From an uncultured bacterium (lineage in GTDB: Bacteria > Muiribacteriota > Ozemobacteria > Ozemobacterales > Ozemobacteraceae): 64,000 nt of DNA. This document shows, in pieces, positions 47,071 to 55,587 of this stretch (positions are counted from its first letter, which is position 1; each line of letters opens with the position of its first letter). The stretch lies in the NCBI GenBank assembly GCA_964596185.1, contig CAZQUE010000014.1, positions 5,576 to 69,575 of the forward strand, given 5' to 3'. The notes below the pieces were generated by a model. That model made no database searches. It saw nothing but the letters and a program-made list of their open reading frames with translations, and was not told the DNA's origin. Made by a program: the position numbers and the translations under genes.

Positions 47071-47097
47071 AGCAAACCAGTCGAGTTTGCTTTTTTT
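47070..47097 (+). terminator. Terminator-like hairpin on the plus strand
   Basis: AAGCAAAC-cagtcga-GTTTGCTT followed by a T run. Confidence 0.55.
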
Positions 47098-47155
47098 ACT
47101 TATCACATGTTTGTTTTTTTGAAATCTCAAACAATTATTGAGTCTTTCAATTCCG

Positions 47156-47184
47156 TTGACAAAAAATGTACCATTCAGTAAGAT
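47156..47184 (+). promoter_or_regulatory. Putative sigma70 promoter
   Basis: TTGACA-N17-TAAGAT; GGAGG SD before the start at 47226. Confidence 0.65.
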
Positions 47185-47225
47185 ACTAGGATAAAACGAT
47201 TTCTGCCTTACAGGAGGCTTTAGCT

Positions 47226-47852
47226 TTGAGTCAGCGAAAGAATTATTTCATTTCGAAAGGAATGCAGAGCAAGTTCGCCGGAACTATTCTGCTTTTAGCT
47301 TTTCTCGTTGCAGTAATTACTGCCTGCAATATTTACGTGCTTGGGTCATTTTTTGTGTCGACCAAGACCACCCTTGCTGAAGCCAGCGGTGTTACCAACA
47401 TAATGCAGCATTTTTTCACTGAATTCTGGCCTCGTCTGTTGATGTTGATTTTCGTTAATGTCATTATCATTTTCATTGTCAGTATCATGTATTCGCATCA
47501 GACCGCAGGTCCGGCTTACAAGCTTGAAAAAAGTATCAAGCGGATCACTGAGGGTGACCTTACTTTTGAAGTCAGTCTGCGCAGAAATGACAACCTTAAA
47601 GAACTTGCGGTTGCTTTGAATGAACTGCTCAAGAAATTCAGGGTTACTTTGGCTCAGGCAAAAACCCTTAGCGTCGATCTTTCAGCAAAACTTGAAGGTC
47701 TTGAATCTGATGCAAAATTCAAGCAACTTGCTGATAATTCTGCCGAGCTCACTCGACTGATCAATCAGTTTAAAATCGAAGGCAATGCAGAACAAAAGCC
47801 GGTTGATGGCATCGACATCGATCTCGATGAAGAAGAATCGGAACAAGCCTGA
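47226..47852 (+). CDS. Two-TM HAMP-domain protein without a signalling output domain
   Basis: Two TM helices; SHQTAGPAYKL...EGDLTFEVSLRRNDNLKELAVALNEL HAMP pattern; acidic tail. Confidence 0.75.
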   Translation: MSQRKNYFISKGMQSKFAGTILLLAFLVAVITACNIYVLGSFFVSTKTTLAEASGVTNIMQHFFTEFWPRLLMLIFVNVIIIFIVSIMYSHQTAGPAYKLEKSIKRITEGDLTFEVSLRRNDNLKELAVALNELLKKFRVTLAQAKTLSVDLSAKLEGLESDAKFKQLADNSAELTRLINQFKIEGNAEQKPVDGIDIDLDEEESEQA

Positions 47853-47877
47853 TTTAAAAAATTTAAACGAATAATTG

Positions 47878-47906
47878 AAAAAGCCCCGCAAACGCGGGGC
47901 TTTTTT
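47878..47906. terminator. Bidirectional Rho-independent terminator
   Basis: AAAAAGCCCCGC-AAAC-GCGGGGCTTTTTT between convergent genes. Confidence 0.9.
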
Positions 47907-47936
47907 CTGGCCAATTTGTATTCGCAGAGCTTCTGC

Positions 47937-48770
47937 CTATTCGGGAACCAGCGCTTCTTTGATTCGGCTTAGCCGGCCGCGCAAACGTAATATTGCTTTC
48001 GTATGCAGCTGAGAAACTCGCGAATCCGAAACCCCAAGGATTTTTCCGATTTCTTTGGAAGTGAGTTCTTCGTAGTAGTAAAGGGTTATCACCATGCGTT
48101 CGCGGTCAGAAAGTTTTGAGATTGCGTCGGCAAGAATCTTTTTCGCTTCTGCTTCTTCTATTTTCAGTTGCGGATTATCGCTTTTCTGGTCTTCAACGAA
48201 GTCAAAGCGTGAAGAGCCTTCTTCATCGTCATAAAAGATTTCATCCAGAGAAAGCAGCAGTGATTTTTTGGTTTCGTCGAAAAGCTTATGAAGTTCTGAA
48301 ATATCGATGTTGAGATATTCTGCAATTTCTTCGTCCTTGGCGTCCCGACCGAGCTTGCCTTCGAGTTTTGCATAGGCTTTTTCGAGTTTGCGGGCCTTTT
48401 GCCTTATTGAGCGTGGTGTCCAGTCAAGAACACGCAATTCGTCAAAAATCGCGCCTCTGATGCGTGTTTTTGCATAGGTTTTAAATTTGACGTTTCTTTC
48501 GGGGTCGTATTTATCGATTGCATCGATTAGCCCGAGTATGCCATAGCTGACCAAATCGTCAAATTCAACATTGCTGGGAAGATTGACAGCAATTCGACCG
48601 GCAACATATTTGACAAAGGAAGCGTACTTCATGATCAGAGCATCTTTGATGCGTTGGTCATGATTCGTTTTATACTGTTCCCAGAGTTTCTGGTCTTCTT
48701 CGTCTTGAAGACGGTTTTTCAATTTAGGATCGGTAATTTCCTGCTCGTCTACCAGAAGTTCTTTATTCAC
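47937..48770 (-). CDS. fliA: RNA polymerase sigma28 factor (FliA/WhiG/SigD family)
   Basis: DDLVSYGILGLIDAIDKYD, FKTYAKTRIRGAIFDELR, LYYYEELTSKEIGKILGVSDSRVSQLH. Confidence 0.95.
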   Translation of the reverse strand: MNKELLVDEQEITDPKLKNRLQDEEDQKLWEQYKTNHDQRIKDALIMKYASFVKYVAGRIAVNLPSNVEFDDLVSYGILGLIDAIDKYDPERNVKFKTYAKTRIRGAIFDELRVLDWTPRSIRQKARKLEKAYAKLEGKLGRDAKDEEIAEYLNIDISELHKLFDETKKSLLLSLDEIFYDDEEGSSRFDFVEDQKSDNPQLKIEEAEAKKILADAISKLSDRERMVITLYYYEELTSKEIGKILGVSDSRVSQLHTKAILRLRGRLSRIKEALVPE

Positions 48771-49174
48771 TTCATCCCTCCGTGTCTGGCTGCCTTATGA
48801 GACTCATTGCCAATTCCGATTATTTCTGGAATTGGCGTAGACTCATCGGTAGGGGTGCCAAAGGTTTCGTATCTGATACTTGAATTATTTTCATCATCAT
48901 CAAGAAGATCGCCCAATTCTTTTCTGAGTTGTTCGTCTTCAAGAAGAATTTCGTCTTTGAGTTTCTCGGTTTCTTTCTCGGTGGTTGCCGGCATCAGAAC
49001 CACTTCAAGAAAGCTGCCGAGAATTGTGCCAAGCATTCCAAAAATGAAAAATACCACCAGGCCGCGGAAGATAATCGTGGTTGCGCCAACTTCGGCCATT
49101 GCCGCCATCAGCATCACCACGCTGGTGATGGTCACGGCGAGAAATAGACCCATAAGTAGCGAAAGTCTCGACAT
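48767..49174 (-). CDS. Hypothetical two-TM membrane protein with acidic tail
   Basis: Two hydrophobic helices; overlaps the fliA start (ATGA/GTGA-type coupling). Confidence 0.7.
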   Translation of the reverse strand: MSRLSLLMGLFLAVTITSVVMLMAAMAEVGATTIIFRGLVVFFIFGMLGTILGSFLEVVLMPATTEKETEKLKDEILLEDEQLRKELGDLLDDDENNSSIRYETFGTPTDESTPIPEIIGIGNESHKAARHGGMK

Positions 49175-49177
49175 CTA

Positions 49178-49663
49178 TTAAAGTTCCTTTGTTTCCTGAC
49201 CAAGAATTGAAAGTTTTACAACTCCGGTTTCAAGGTCAAATTCTATTGAGCGGCCGCGGGAGCCGCCGGTGTCTTCAGCTTCAATCGGGATCTGCAGGCT
49301 TTGCAGAGCTCGCTTAACCGCTTCGACATTTTCTTTGCCAATGTTGCTGGAAAAATCTTCGGTTGGCGGAAACATTTCGGCGCCACCGATGAGCTTTGCA
49401 ACCAGCATACTTTTTAATGCTCCTTCTTCCCCCATTTTCTGATAGAGGAGTGGAACCGCAGTATCGGCAAATTTGGCCGGATTAAGCTTTTCTTTGTCGA
49501 TCCCGCTGGAGTCCGGCAGCATGACGTGCGAAAATCCGCCAATCTTGTTTTTTTTGTCGTACAGCACCAGAATCACGCATGAACCTATGCCGTAAACCAC
49601 CAGACTTGAAGGATGTCTGGCAATTTTAAGCTCTCCCATGCCTACCGGGATAAAGTCTGACAT
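49178..49663 (-). CDS. cheD: Chemoreceptor glutamine deamidase
   Basis: GIGSCV, GFSHVMLP, KFADTA, AKLIGGAEMF, IGKENV, EDTGGSRGR. Confidence 0.93.
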   Translation of the reverse strand: MSDFIPVGMGELKIARHPSSLVVYGIGSCVILVLYDKKNKIGGFSHVMLPDSSGIDKEKLNPAKFADTAVPLLYQKMGEEGALKSMLVAKLIGGAEMFPPTEDFSSNIGKENVEAVKRALQSLQIPIEAEDTGGSRGRSIEFDLETGVVKLSILGQETKEL

Positions 49664-49668
49664 TTTGT

Positions 49669-50286
49669 TTAAGCAACTCCGATAGATTTAAGTAATTTTT
49701 GCAGTGAATCCGGGTCTGGAAGCAGAAAAATGTGAATTCGCAGATCTTCTTCTTCTTCGATGAAAGAGGTTTCGATCATCAGCACCTTGTCACTTACGGC
49801 GACCATGTCAGCTACCACGTAATTGATCAACGAACCTGAAAGATCGAAGGCCATCGATGGCAGAGAATTGAGCATCGGTGTCTGGGTCAATGTCGAAAGA
49901 GCGTTCAAAAAGGCACCGGCAAGAATGTTTCCGACTTCTCGCATGCACGAGCTTTCCATTTCGCCCATGTTGAGTGGAGAGTCTATATCACAGCCCGGGA
50001 TAAGGGTGTGAAGCAGGCGCAGCGAAGTGTTCTCGGGAATCAGCAGTAAAAAACGCCCGGAAATGTTTCCCATGACTTTGAGAAAAATCCCCATTACCGA
50101 CTGAGCGGGGCCGCCAACCAATTCAGGAATTTCTTTGAAATCGAGAATTTTGGCAGAGGGAACTGCCATGTCGATTTTGCGGTTCAGAAATTGCGCCAGG
50201 GCACTGGCAGCATTTCCCGATCCGATATTGCCGATCTCGCGAAGGGCGTCAAGCTGTGTTCTAGTTAGATTCGTGACGTCTTCCAT
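49669..50286 (-). CDS. cheC: Chemotaxis phosphatase CheC
   Basis: DALREIGNIGSGNAASAL and SCMREVGNILAGAFLNAL (two E-x2-N motifs). Confidence 0.93.
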   Translation of the reverse strand: MEDVTNLTRTQLDALREIGNIGSGNAASALAQFLNRKIDMAVPSAKILDFKEIPELVGGPAQSVMGIFLKVMGNISGRFLLLIPENTSLRLLHTLIPGCDIDSPLNMGEMESSCMREVGNILAGAFLNALSTLTQTPMLNSLPSMAFDLSGSLINYVVADMVAVSDKVLMIETSFIEEEEDLRIHIFLLPDPDSLQKLLKSIGVA

Positions 50287-50317
50287 TCATAACCTCTGAC
50301 AGATACAATTCAAAGCC

Positions 50318-50346
50318 ATTATAAAGTAGCAGTCGTCAGATTGCAA
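50318..50346 (-). promoter_or_regulatory. Putative sigma70 promoter for cheC-cheD-X-fliA
   Basis: TTGCAA-N17-TATAAT on the minus strand. Confidence 0.65.
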
Positions 50347-50352
50347 GACCTG

Positions 50353-50961
50353 TCAGTTTTTTTCAGGGTTTTCATCCGGGCAAGCGAAATCGATGCCGTT
50401 AAAGCTCGTCATGGCTTTGTTTCCCATTCCCATCAGCCAGAGTGCGGCAAGCTCCGGAATGGCCCGGTTTATCTTCTCGAATATTTGCGTTTCGCTTGCA
50501 CTGATCGAGCCGAGTACATGGTCGACAAGCTGGGAATGCTGCGACTGACCGGGTTCAACTGGTTGCCCAACACCAATGCGCAGTCGCCAAAAGCCTTTGC
50601 CAATATGATTGATAATTGATTTTAAGCCATTGTGGCCGCCATCACTTCCTGAGGCTCTTAAACGAACTCTACCGGTTGGCAGATTGATATCATCTGTTAT
50701 CACCAGGAGCTGCTCTGGTGTGGTTTCTGTGTCGAGCATGATGGCAGAAATAGCTTCTCCGGAAAGATTCATATAGGTCTGTGGCTTTACCAGAAAATGC
50801 CTTGCACCATGAAACTGAAAATCACAGATCAAAGCCTGGAAGGCTTTTTTAGAAAAAAAGCCATGAAATTTGCCCGCGATGGCGTCTGCTGCCCAGAAGC
50901 CCGCGTTATGGCGGGTGTTTTCGTACTCTTTGCCAGGATTTCCAAGGCCTGCGATTATCAT
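50353..50961 (-). CDS. pth: Peptidyl-tRNA hydrolase
   Basis: IAGLGNPG, TRHNAGF, KPQTYMNLSG, DDINLP, GGHNGLKSI, RLRIGVG. Confidence 0.96.
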   Translation of the reverse strand: MIIAGLGNPGKEYENTRHNAGFWAADAIAGKFHGFFSKKAFQALICDFQFHGARHFLVKPQTYMNLSGEAISAIMLDTETTPEQLLVITDDINLPTGRVRLRASGSDGGHNGLKSIINHIGKGFWRLRIGVGQPVEPGQSQHSQLVDHVLGSISASETQIFEKINRAIPELAALWLMGMGNKAMTSFNGIDFACPDENPEKN

Positions 50962-51034
50962 AATGGTTGATTATTAGCAAAGCCTGACTTATAAGTCAAC
51001 GAAATCGTTGCAATAGCGGCGTTTGGCGAAAGAT

Positions 51035-51064
51035 TTGACATCTTCGGCAAAAGCCGGGTATAAT
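51035..51064 (+). promoter_or_regulatory. Putative sigma70 promoter for gpmI-gmk
   Basis: TTGACA-N18-TATAAT; implies the true start is ATG 51116. Confidence 0.7.
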
Positions 51065-51115
51065 CCGCCAAACCTCGAGGTAACAACCTCAAATTTTCAA
51101 GGTTTTAGCAAAATT

Positions 51116-52654
51116 ATGGAACCAAAAACAAAAGTACTCTTGATCGTTCTCGATGGCTTCGGTGTTTCTGAAAAATCTGACGGCAATGCAATCAAAGCCG
51201 CCAATCCTGAATTTATTGACAAGCTTTTTCAGGAGCGTCCATGCACTCGACTGGCTGCATCTGGATTAGCAGTTGGTTTGCCCGAAGGACAGATGGGGAA
51301 TTCTGAAGTCGGCCACCTGAATATTGGTGCCGGCCGCGTCGTTTATCAGGATATTACCCGGATAAACCGTTCAATCGAAGATGGTTCCTTTTTTGAAAAT
51401 GAAACCATGAATAATTTGATGGACAAAGTTCTGGCAGACGGCAAAGCCCTGCATTTGTATGGCCTGGTCTCCAACGGTGGAGTTCACAGCCATATCAATC
51501 ATATTTCGGCAATTTTAAAACTTGCTGCAAAAAAAGGCCTTGAGCGAGTTTTTCTGCACGCTTTCACTGATGGCCGCGACACTTCACCGACCAGTGGGGT
51601 TCATTTCATTCGCGAGCTTGTCGAAGAAACTGAAAAAATAGGAGTCGGGCGTATCGCTACGATCTCTGGCCGTTATTATGCAATGGATCGCGATAATCGC
51701 TGGGATAGGGTTGAAAAAGCTTATCTGGCACTTGTTCATGGAGTTGGAAATCGCGCAGCCGATCCGGTGGTCGCTATGGAAGCCTCGTATAAAGTAAATG
51801 TTACCGATGAATTCGTCGTTCCGGTCGTTATTGAAGAAGACGGACAACCGATTGCCACCATCGACGACGGTGATGCAATTCTGGCCTTCAACTTCAGGGC
51901 TGATCGCATGCGCCAGATCTCAAGGGTTTTTACCGACGAAAGCTTTGATTTGTTCAAGCGCAAGGAAATGACCGTTAATTACACGTCTTTTACCAGATAT
52001 TCGGCGGATTTCGATTTTCCGGTCGTTTTTCCGCCACAGGTGCTTGACGATGTTCTCGGCGAAGTGCTTGCCAGAAACCAGATTCCGCAACTCAGACTTG
52101 CCGAAACCGAAAAATATGCCCATGTAACCTATTTCACCAATGGCGGTAATGAAACTCCGTTTGCCCTTGAAGAAAGGCAGATGATCTCTTCGCCAAAGGT
52201 TAAAACCTATGATTTGAAACCTGAAATGGCAGCTTTTGAAGTTTGCGATTTCCTTATTGAAAAGATCAGGACTCAGAAGTTTCCATTCATTATGGTAAAT
52301 TTTGCCAACTGTGACATGGTCGGACACACTGGTTTCATGGAAGCTGCGATTAAGGCCGTTTCAACTGTAGATACCGTTTTGTCAAAGGCTATACCGGTTG
52401 CCTATGAACTTGGCTATGATTGTATAATCACTGCGGATCATGGAAATGCCGAGCAAATGGTTGATTTTGAAACCGGCGAAGCTTTCACCGAGCATACGGT
52501 TAATCCGGTGCCATTTTGCCTGTTGTCACGGGAAACCTACGAATTGAAGAGTGAAGGCAAGCTTTGCGACATTGCCCCCACGATTCTTGACCTGATGAGT
52601 ATTTCTCAACCGGCGGCAATGACCGGTCAATCGCTTATCAATCGAAAAAAGTAA
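51116..52654 (+). CDS. gpmI: 2,3-bisphosphoglycerate-independent phosphoglycerate mutase
   Basis: LIVLDGFG, GQMGNSEVGH, GRYYAMDRD, NFRADR, ETEKYAHVT, NCDMVGHTG, TADHGNAE. Confidence 0.96.
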   Translation: MEPKTKVLLIVLDGFGVSEKSDGNAIKAANPEFIDKLFQERPCTRLAASGLAVGLPEGQMGNSEVGHLNIGAGRVVYQDITRINRSIEDGSFFENETMNNLMDKVLADGKALHLYGLVSNGGVHSHINHISAILKLAAKKGLERVFLHAFTDGRDTSPTSGVHFIRELVEETEKIGVGRIATISGRYYAMDRDNRWDRVEKAYLALVHGVGNRAADPVVAMEASYKVNVTDEFVVPVVIEEDGQPIATIDDGDAILAFNFRADRMRQISRVFTDESFDLFKRKEMTVNYTSFTRYSADFDFPVVFPPQVLDDVLGEVLARNQIPQLRLAETEKYAHVTYFTNGGNETPFALEERQMISSPKVKTYDLKPEMAAFEVCDFLIEKIRTQKFPFIMVNFANCDMVGHTGFMEAAIKAVSTVDTVLSKAIPVAYELGYDCIITADHGNAEQMVDFETGEAFTEHTVNPVPFCLLSRETYELKSEGKLCDIAPTILDLMSISQPAAMTGQSLINRKK

Positions 52655-52676
52655 CTGAAAGTAACTGGTTGAGCTT

Positions 52677-53249
52677 ATGAATAAGCCTGAAAAGGGATTT
52701 CTATTTATCGTTTCCGGCCCTTCAGGGGTTGGCAAAACGGTTTTATGCAATGAAATCGTCAAACGCTACGCTCCCAACGTGGTTTACTCGATTTCAGCCA
52801 CATCTAGGGCTCCGCGTGGTGGTGAAACTAATGGTCAGGAATACTATTTTTACAGCAATGAAGAGTTTGAGGCGGCGATAGAACGTGATGAATTCGCTGA
52901 ATGGGCTTACGTACACGGCAACTATTATGGTACTCCAAGGCGGTTTCTTGAAGAAAACCTGGCGGCCGGGAAGCATGTAATTCTCAATATCGATGTACAA
53001 GGTGCCATGAAAATTCGCGAAAATTATCCCGATGCCGTTATGGTATTCATTTCACCACCTTCCTTCGCCGAGCTTGAAACGAGAATTCGTAAGCGCAACA
53101 TGGACAGTGAAGCTTCTCTGCGACATCGCCTGGAAAATGCCCGTAAAGAGCTTGACTACAAAGACCAGTATCGTTATTCGATCATAAATGATAATCTACC
53201 TGAAGCTATTTCTGAGCTTAACGAAATTTTTGTCGATTATATCGGCTGA
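52677..53249 (+). CDS. gmk: Guanylate kinase
   Basis: SGPSGVGK, SATSRAPR, GQEYYF, GNYYGT, IDVQGA. Confidence 0.96.
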   Translation: MNKPEKGFLFIVSGPSGVGKTVLCNEIVKRYAPNVVYSISATSRAPRGGETNGQEYYFYSNEEFEAAIERDEFAEWAYVHGNYYGTPRRFLEENLAAGKHVILNIDVQGAMKIRENYPDAVMVFISPPSFAELETRIRKRNMDSEASLRHRLENARKELDYKDQYRYSIINDNLPEAISELNEIFVDYIG

Positions 53250-53296
53250 TCGTCGAAATTATTCCTGATTTCCCATTATTGGCGAGTTTCACTACC

Positions 53297-53325
53297 TTGA
53301 CACATTCTAATGCGATTCTTATAAT
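53297..53325 (+). promoter_or_regulatory. Perfect-consensus sigma70 promoter
   Basis: TTGACA-N17-TATAAT; AGGAGG SD before ATG 53370. Confidence 0.8.
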
Positions 53326-53369
53326 TTAAGAAAATTCTCTCATTATTGTCTATCAGGAGGCTATTTACC

Positions 53370-54116
53370 ATGAAACGCACTGCTCTGTGCTTCCTAACCA
53401 TTTGTCTTTTAGTTTTTTCAGTTTCGGCATGGGCTGCTGAAACTGAAACGCAGCGACTTGTCAAACTCGATGCAAGTCTTGAAATAATCAGTGGCCAGGT
53501 TAAATTAACCAGAGTCGGCAGTACAAAAACAGACGTTATCAGTAAAAGTGTCGAGTTGTATGCCGGTGATTTGCTTGAAACTTTGCGTGAATCAAAAGCG
53601 GTATTGAATTATTCAGATGGAACGGTCATGAGAATCAAGCCGCGAACTCTTGTAGAAGTCCAGCCTCTCAGCATAAAGGTTTTCAAAGGTAAGACCTGGT
53701 ATAAATTTACCAAGCGTGGAAGCGAATTCAGAATCGAAACTCCGACTCTCGTGGCCGGAATTCGTGGTACAGAATTCGAAGTTGCGGTAACTTCAAGAAA
53801 GAAAGCTTCAGTTTCAGTAATGGAAGGCGCAGTTGCCGTTCAGAGCAAAGAAGGCAACAAAGCTCAGGTACTCAAGCCTGGTTTTGCAACTCATTGTGAA
53901 CCGGGCGAAGATCTGGTTACTCCGTATAAATTCAGCATCGATAGAAAGAATGCCGAATGGAAAGCCGAAGAATGGGGAGCCGGAAATGCTTCAACCGATA
54001 TAAATAAGCTTTTCATCAACTATCTTAACCTGAAATACGAATACGGTGAACAGGATCCAAGAGCTGTGGAAGCTCTAAAGAACCTTGAAAACGCCAAGAA
54101 AAAAATTAAAAAGTAA
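53370..54116 (+). CDS. Exported FecR-domain protein
   Basis: Signal peptide ending AWA-A; LYAGDLLET, DGTVMRI, IETPTLVAGIRGTEFEV, SVMEGAVAV. Confidence 0.8.
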   Translation: MKRTALCFLTICLLVFSVSAWAAETETQRLVKLDASLEIISGQVKLTRVGSTKTDVISKSVELYAGDLLETLRESKAVLNYSDGTVMRIKPRTLVEVQPLSIKVFKGKTWYKFTKRGSEFRIETPTLVAGIRGTEFEVAVTSRKKASVSVMEGAVAVQSKEGNKAQVLKPGFATHCEPGEDLVTPYKFSIDRKNAEWKAEEWGAGNASTDINKLFINYLNLKYEYGEQDPRAVEALKNLENAKKKIKK

Positions 54117-54135
54117 CTATTTGTAAGTAAAAGCG

Positions 54136-54171
54136 AAGAGGCTGTCTCTAAACTGAGGCAGCCTCTTTTTT
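54136..54171 (+). terminator. Rho-independent terminator
   Basis: AAGAGGCTGTCTC-TAAACT-GAGGCAGCCTCTT plus T run. Confidence 0.85.
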
Positions 54172-54607
54172 AATCTTCGTCAAAGTCAATTGGTTTGCGG
54201 CGTTGAGCTTTCTTGCTGCTGCGTTGCTTCTTACCAGATAATCGTTTTTCTTTGGCGGCACGGCTTGGAGCCGTTGGTTTGCGAATCTTTGGAGGCTTAA
54301 GGGCCTTGATGATCATCATTTTCAGCTTGTCATAGGCGTCGAGCAGGTTTCGATACTGTTCTCGATATTTCTGACTGGTAACGATAATGTTGCCTTTTGC
54401 ATCGAGGCGGTTTCTGGCGGTTTCGAGCAATCGCTGTACCGCAGCCTCTGGCAACGAGTCGCAAAGGCACGGGTTAAAGCGTAATTCAATGCAGGTGGCA
54501 ACCTTGTTAACGTTCTGGCCGCCCGGACCAGAAGAACGAACGGCACTCACCTGAATCAATTCTGCAGGAATTATCAGGTTTTCGTTTATCTGTAAGGGTA
54601 AATTCAT
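54170..54607 (-). CDS. arfB: Alternative ribosome-rescue factor B
   Basis: RSSGPGGQNVNK (GGQ), SQKYREQYRN, basic C-terminal tail. Confidence 0.93.
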   Translation of the reverse strand: MNLPLQINENLIIPAELIQVSAVRSSGPGGQNVNKVATCIELRFNPCLCDSLPEAAVQRLLETARNRLDAKGNIIVTSQKYREQYRNLLDAYDKLKMMIIKALKPPKIRKPTAPSRAAKEKRLSGKKQRSSKKAQRRKPIDFDED

Positions 54608-55587
54608 GAATTTATTTGTTCCTTGATCCAGTTTTCGGCAAGATGTAAATCAATGTTTTTCATGCAGGGTCTGATCGGACAATTCTGACATTTTCCGAAA
54701 CAATGATCAGCTTCGGGCAAAAGAACCAGTTTTTTTGCACAAACCGGGCCCCAGCGTTTCGGAGTCATGGCGCGAACTGGCGGGAAAAAGGCGAGCACCG
54801 GCAAGTCTAATGCTGCGGCAAGATGCATTGGTCCAGTTGAACCTCCGATAAAGGCAGCGCATTCTCTGATTACTCCGGCAAGAATTTCCAGGTCAGGCAC
54901 GTTTTTGATAAAAGCCAGACCGGGTTTTGCGGCAAAATGCTCGGCAAGATGCTCTTCACCAGGGCCAAGGCTAACTGCGACCTGAATTCCTGCAGCGACA
55001 AGGTTTTCAGCAATTTGCGCATATTGCGCCGGCGAAAGGTTGTAAGCTGAGCCACCATGGCCAGGGTGGATTAAAACGGGCTTTAATAGAGACTCCTGTT
55101 CGATTAATTTGCGGGCAATCTGTAGAGTTTCCTGTTTTATTGATAGTTCTGGCGGCGAGTCGTCAATTTGCTCTACTATCCCTTCAAGTAACTGCAGGTT
55201 ATAGCGATATTCATGCATTTCATTTCGGGAACGCTTTTGCACTCGACGATCATTTAGCAGAAATTGCCATATATTTGAAGCTCTACCGGTTCTTGAGGGA
55301 ATTCTAGCCAGAAAGGCAGCCTGTAAAACCCTGGCTGCGGGGTGAACAACAATGATACGTTCAACCTGGCAATCAATGAATTTTTTGGTCAGACTCAGCA
55401 TTGCCGGGTAATCCTCGTCGATAATAACCTCGTCGACCCATGGGCAGAGCTTTAGAACCGGAGCGGTATATTTGCGTACATGGGCGATAACATGCACTTT
55501 GGGAAAATTTTTGCGAATCTCTCTAAAGACTGGAGTTGTCAGAATCAGATCCCCTGCGCGATCGGTTCTGGAAATAATTACTCTCAT
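54604..55587 (-). CDS. Glycosyltransferase family 9 (LPS heptosyltransferase-like)
   Basis: DRAGDLILTTP, IHPG, GGSTGPMHLAAAL. Confidence 0.88.
   Translation of the reverse strand: MRVIISRTDRAGDLILTTPVFREIRKNFPKVHVIAHVRKYTAPVLKLCPWVDEVIIDEDYPAMLSLTKKFIDCQVERIIVVHPAARVLQAAFLARIPSRTGRASNIWQFLLNDRRVQKRSRNEMHEYRYNLQLLEGIVEQIDDSPPELSIKQETLQIARKLIEQESLLKPVLIHPGHGGSAYNLSPAQYAQIAENLVAAGIQVAVSLGPGEEHLAEHFAAKPGLAFIKNVPDLEILAGVIRECAAFIGGSTGPMHLAAALDLPVLAFFPPVRAMTPKRWGPVCAKKLVLLPEADHCFGKCQNCPIRPCMKNIDLHLAENWIKEQINS

Noticed and set aside
50353-54607. pth and arfB close together as a translation-rescue cluster
   Set aside because: They are separated by unrelated genes in different transcription units; no evidence of functional clustering.
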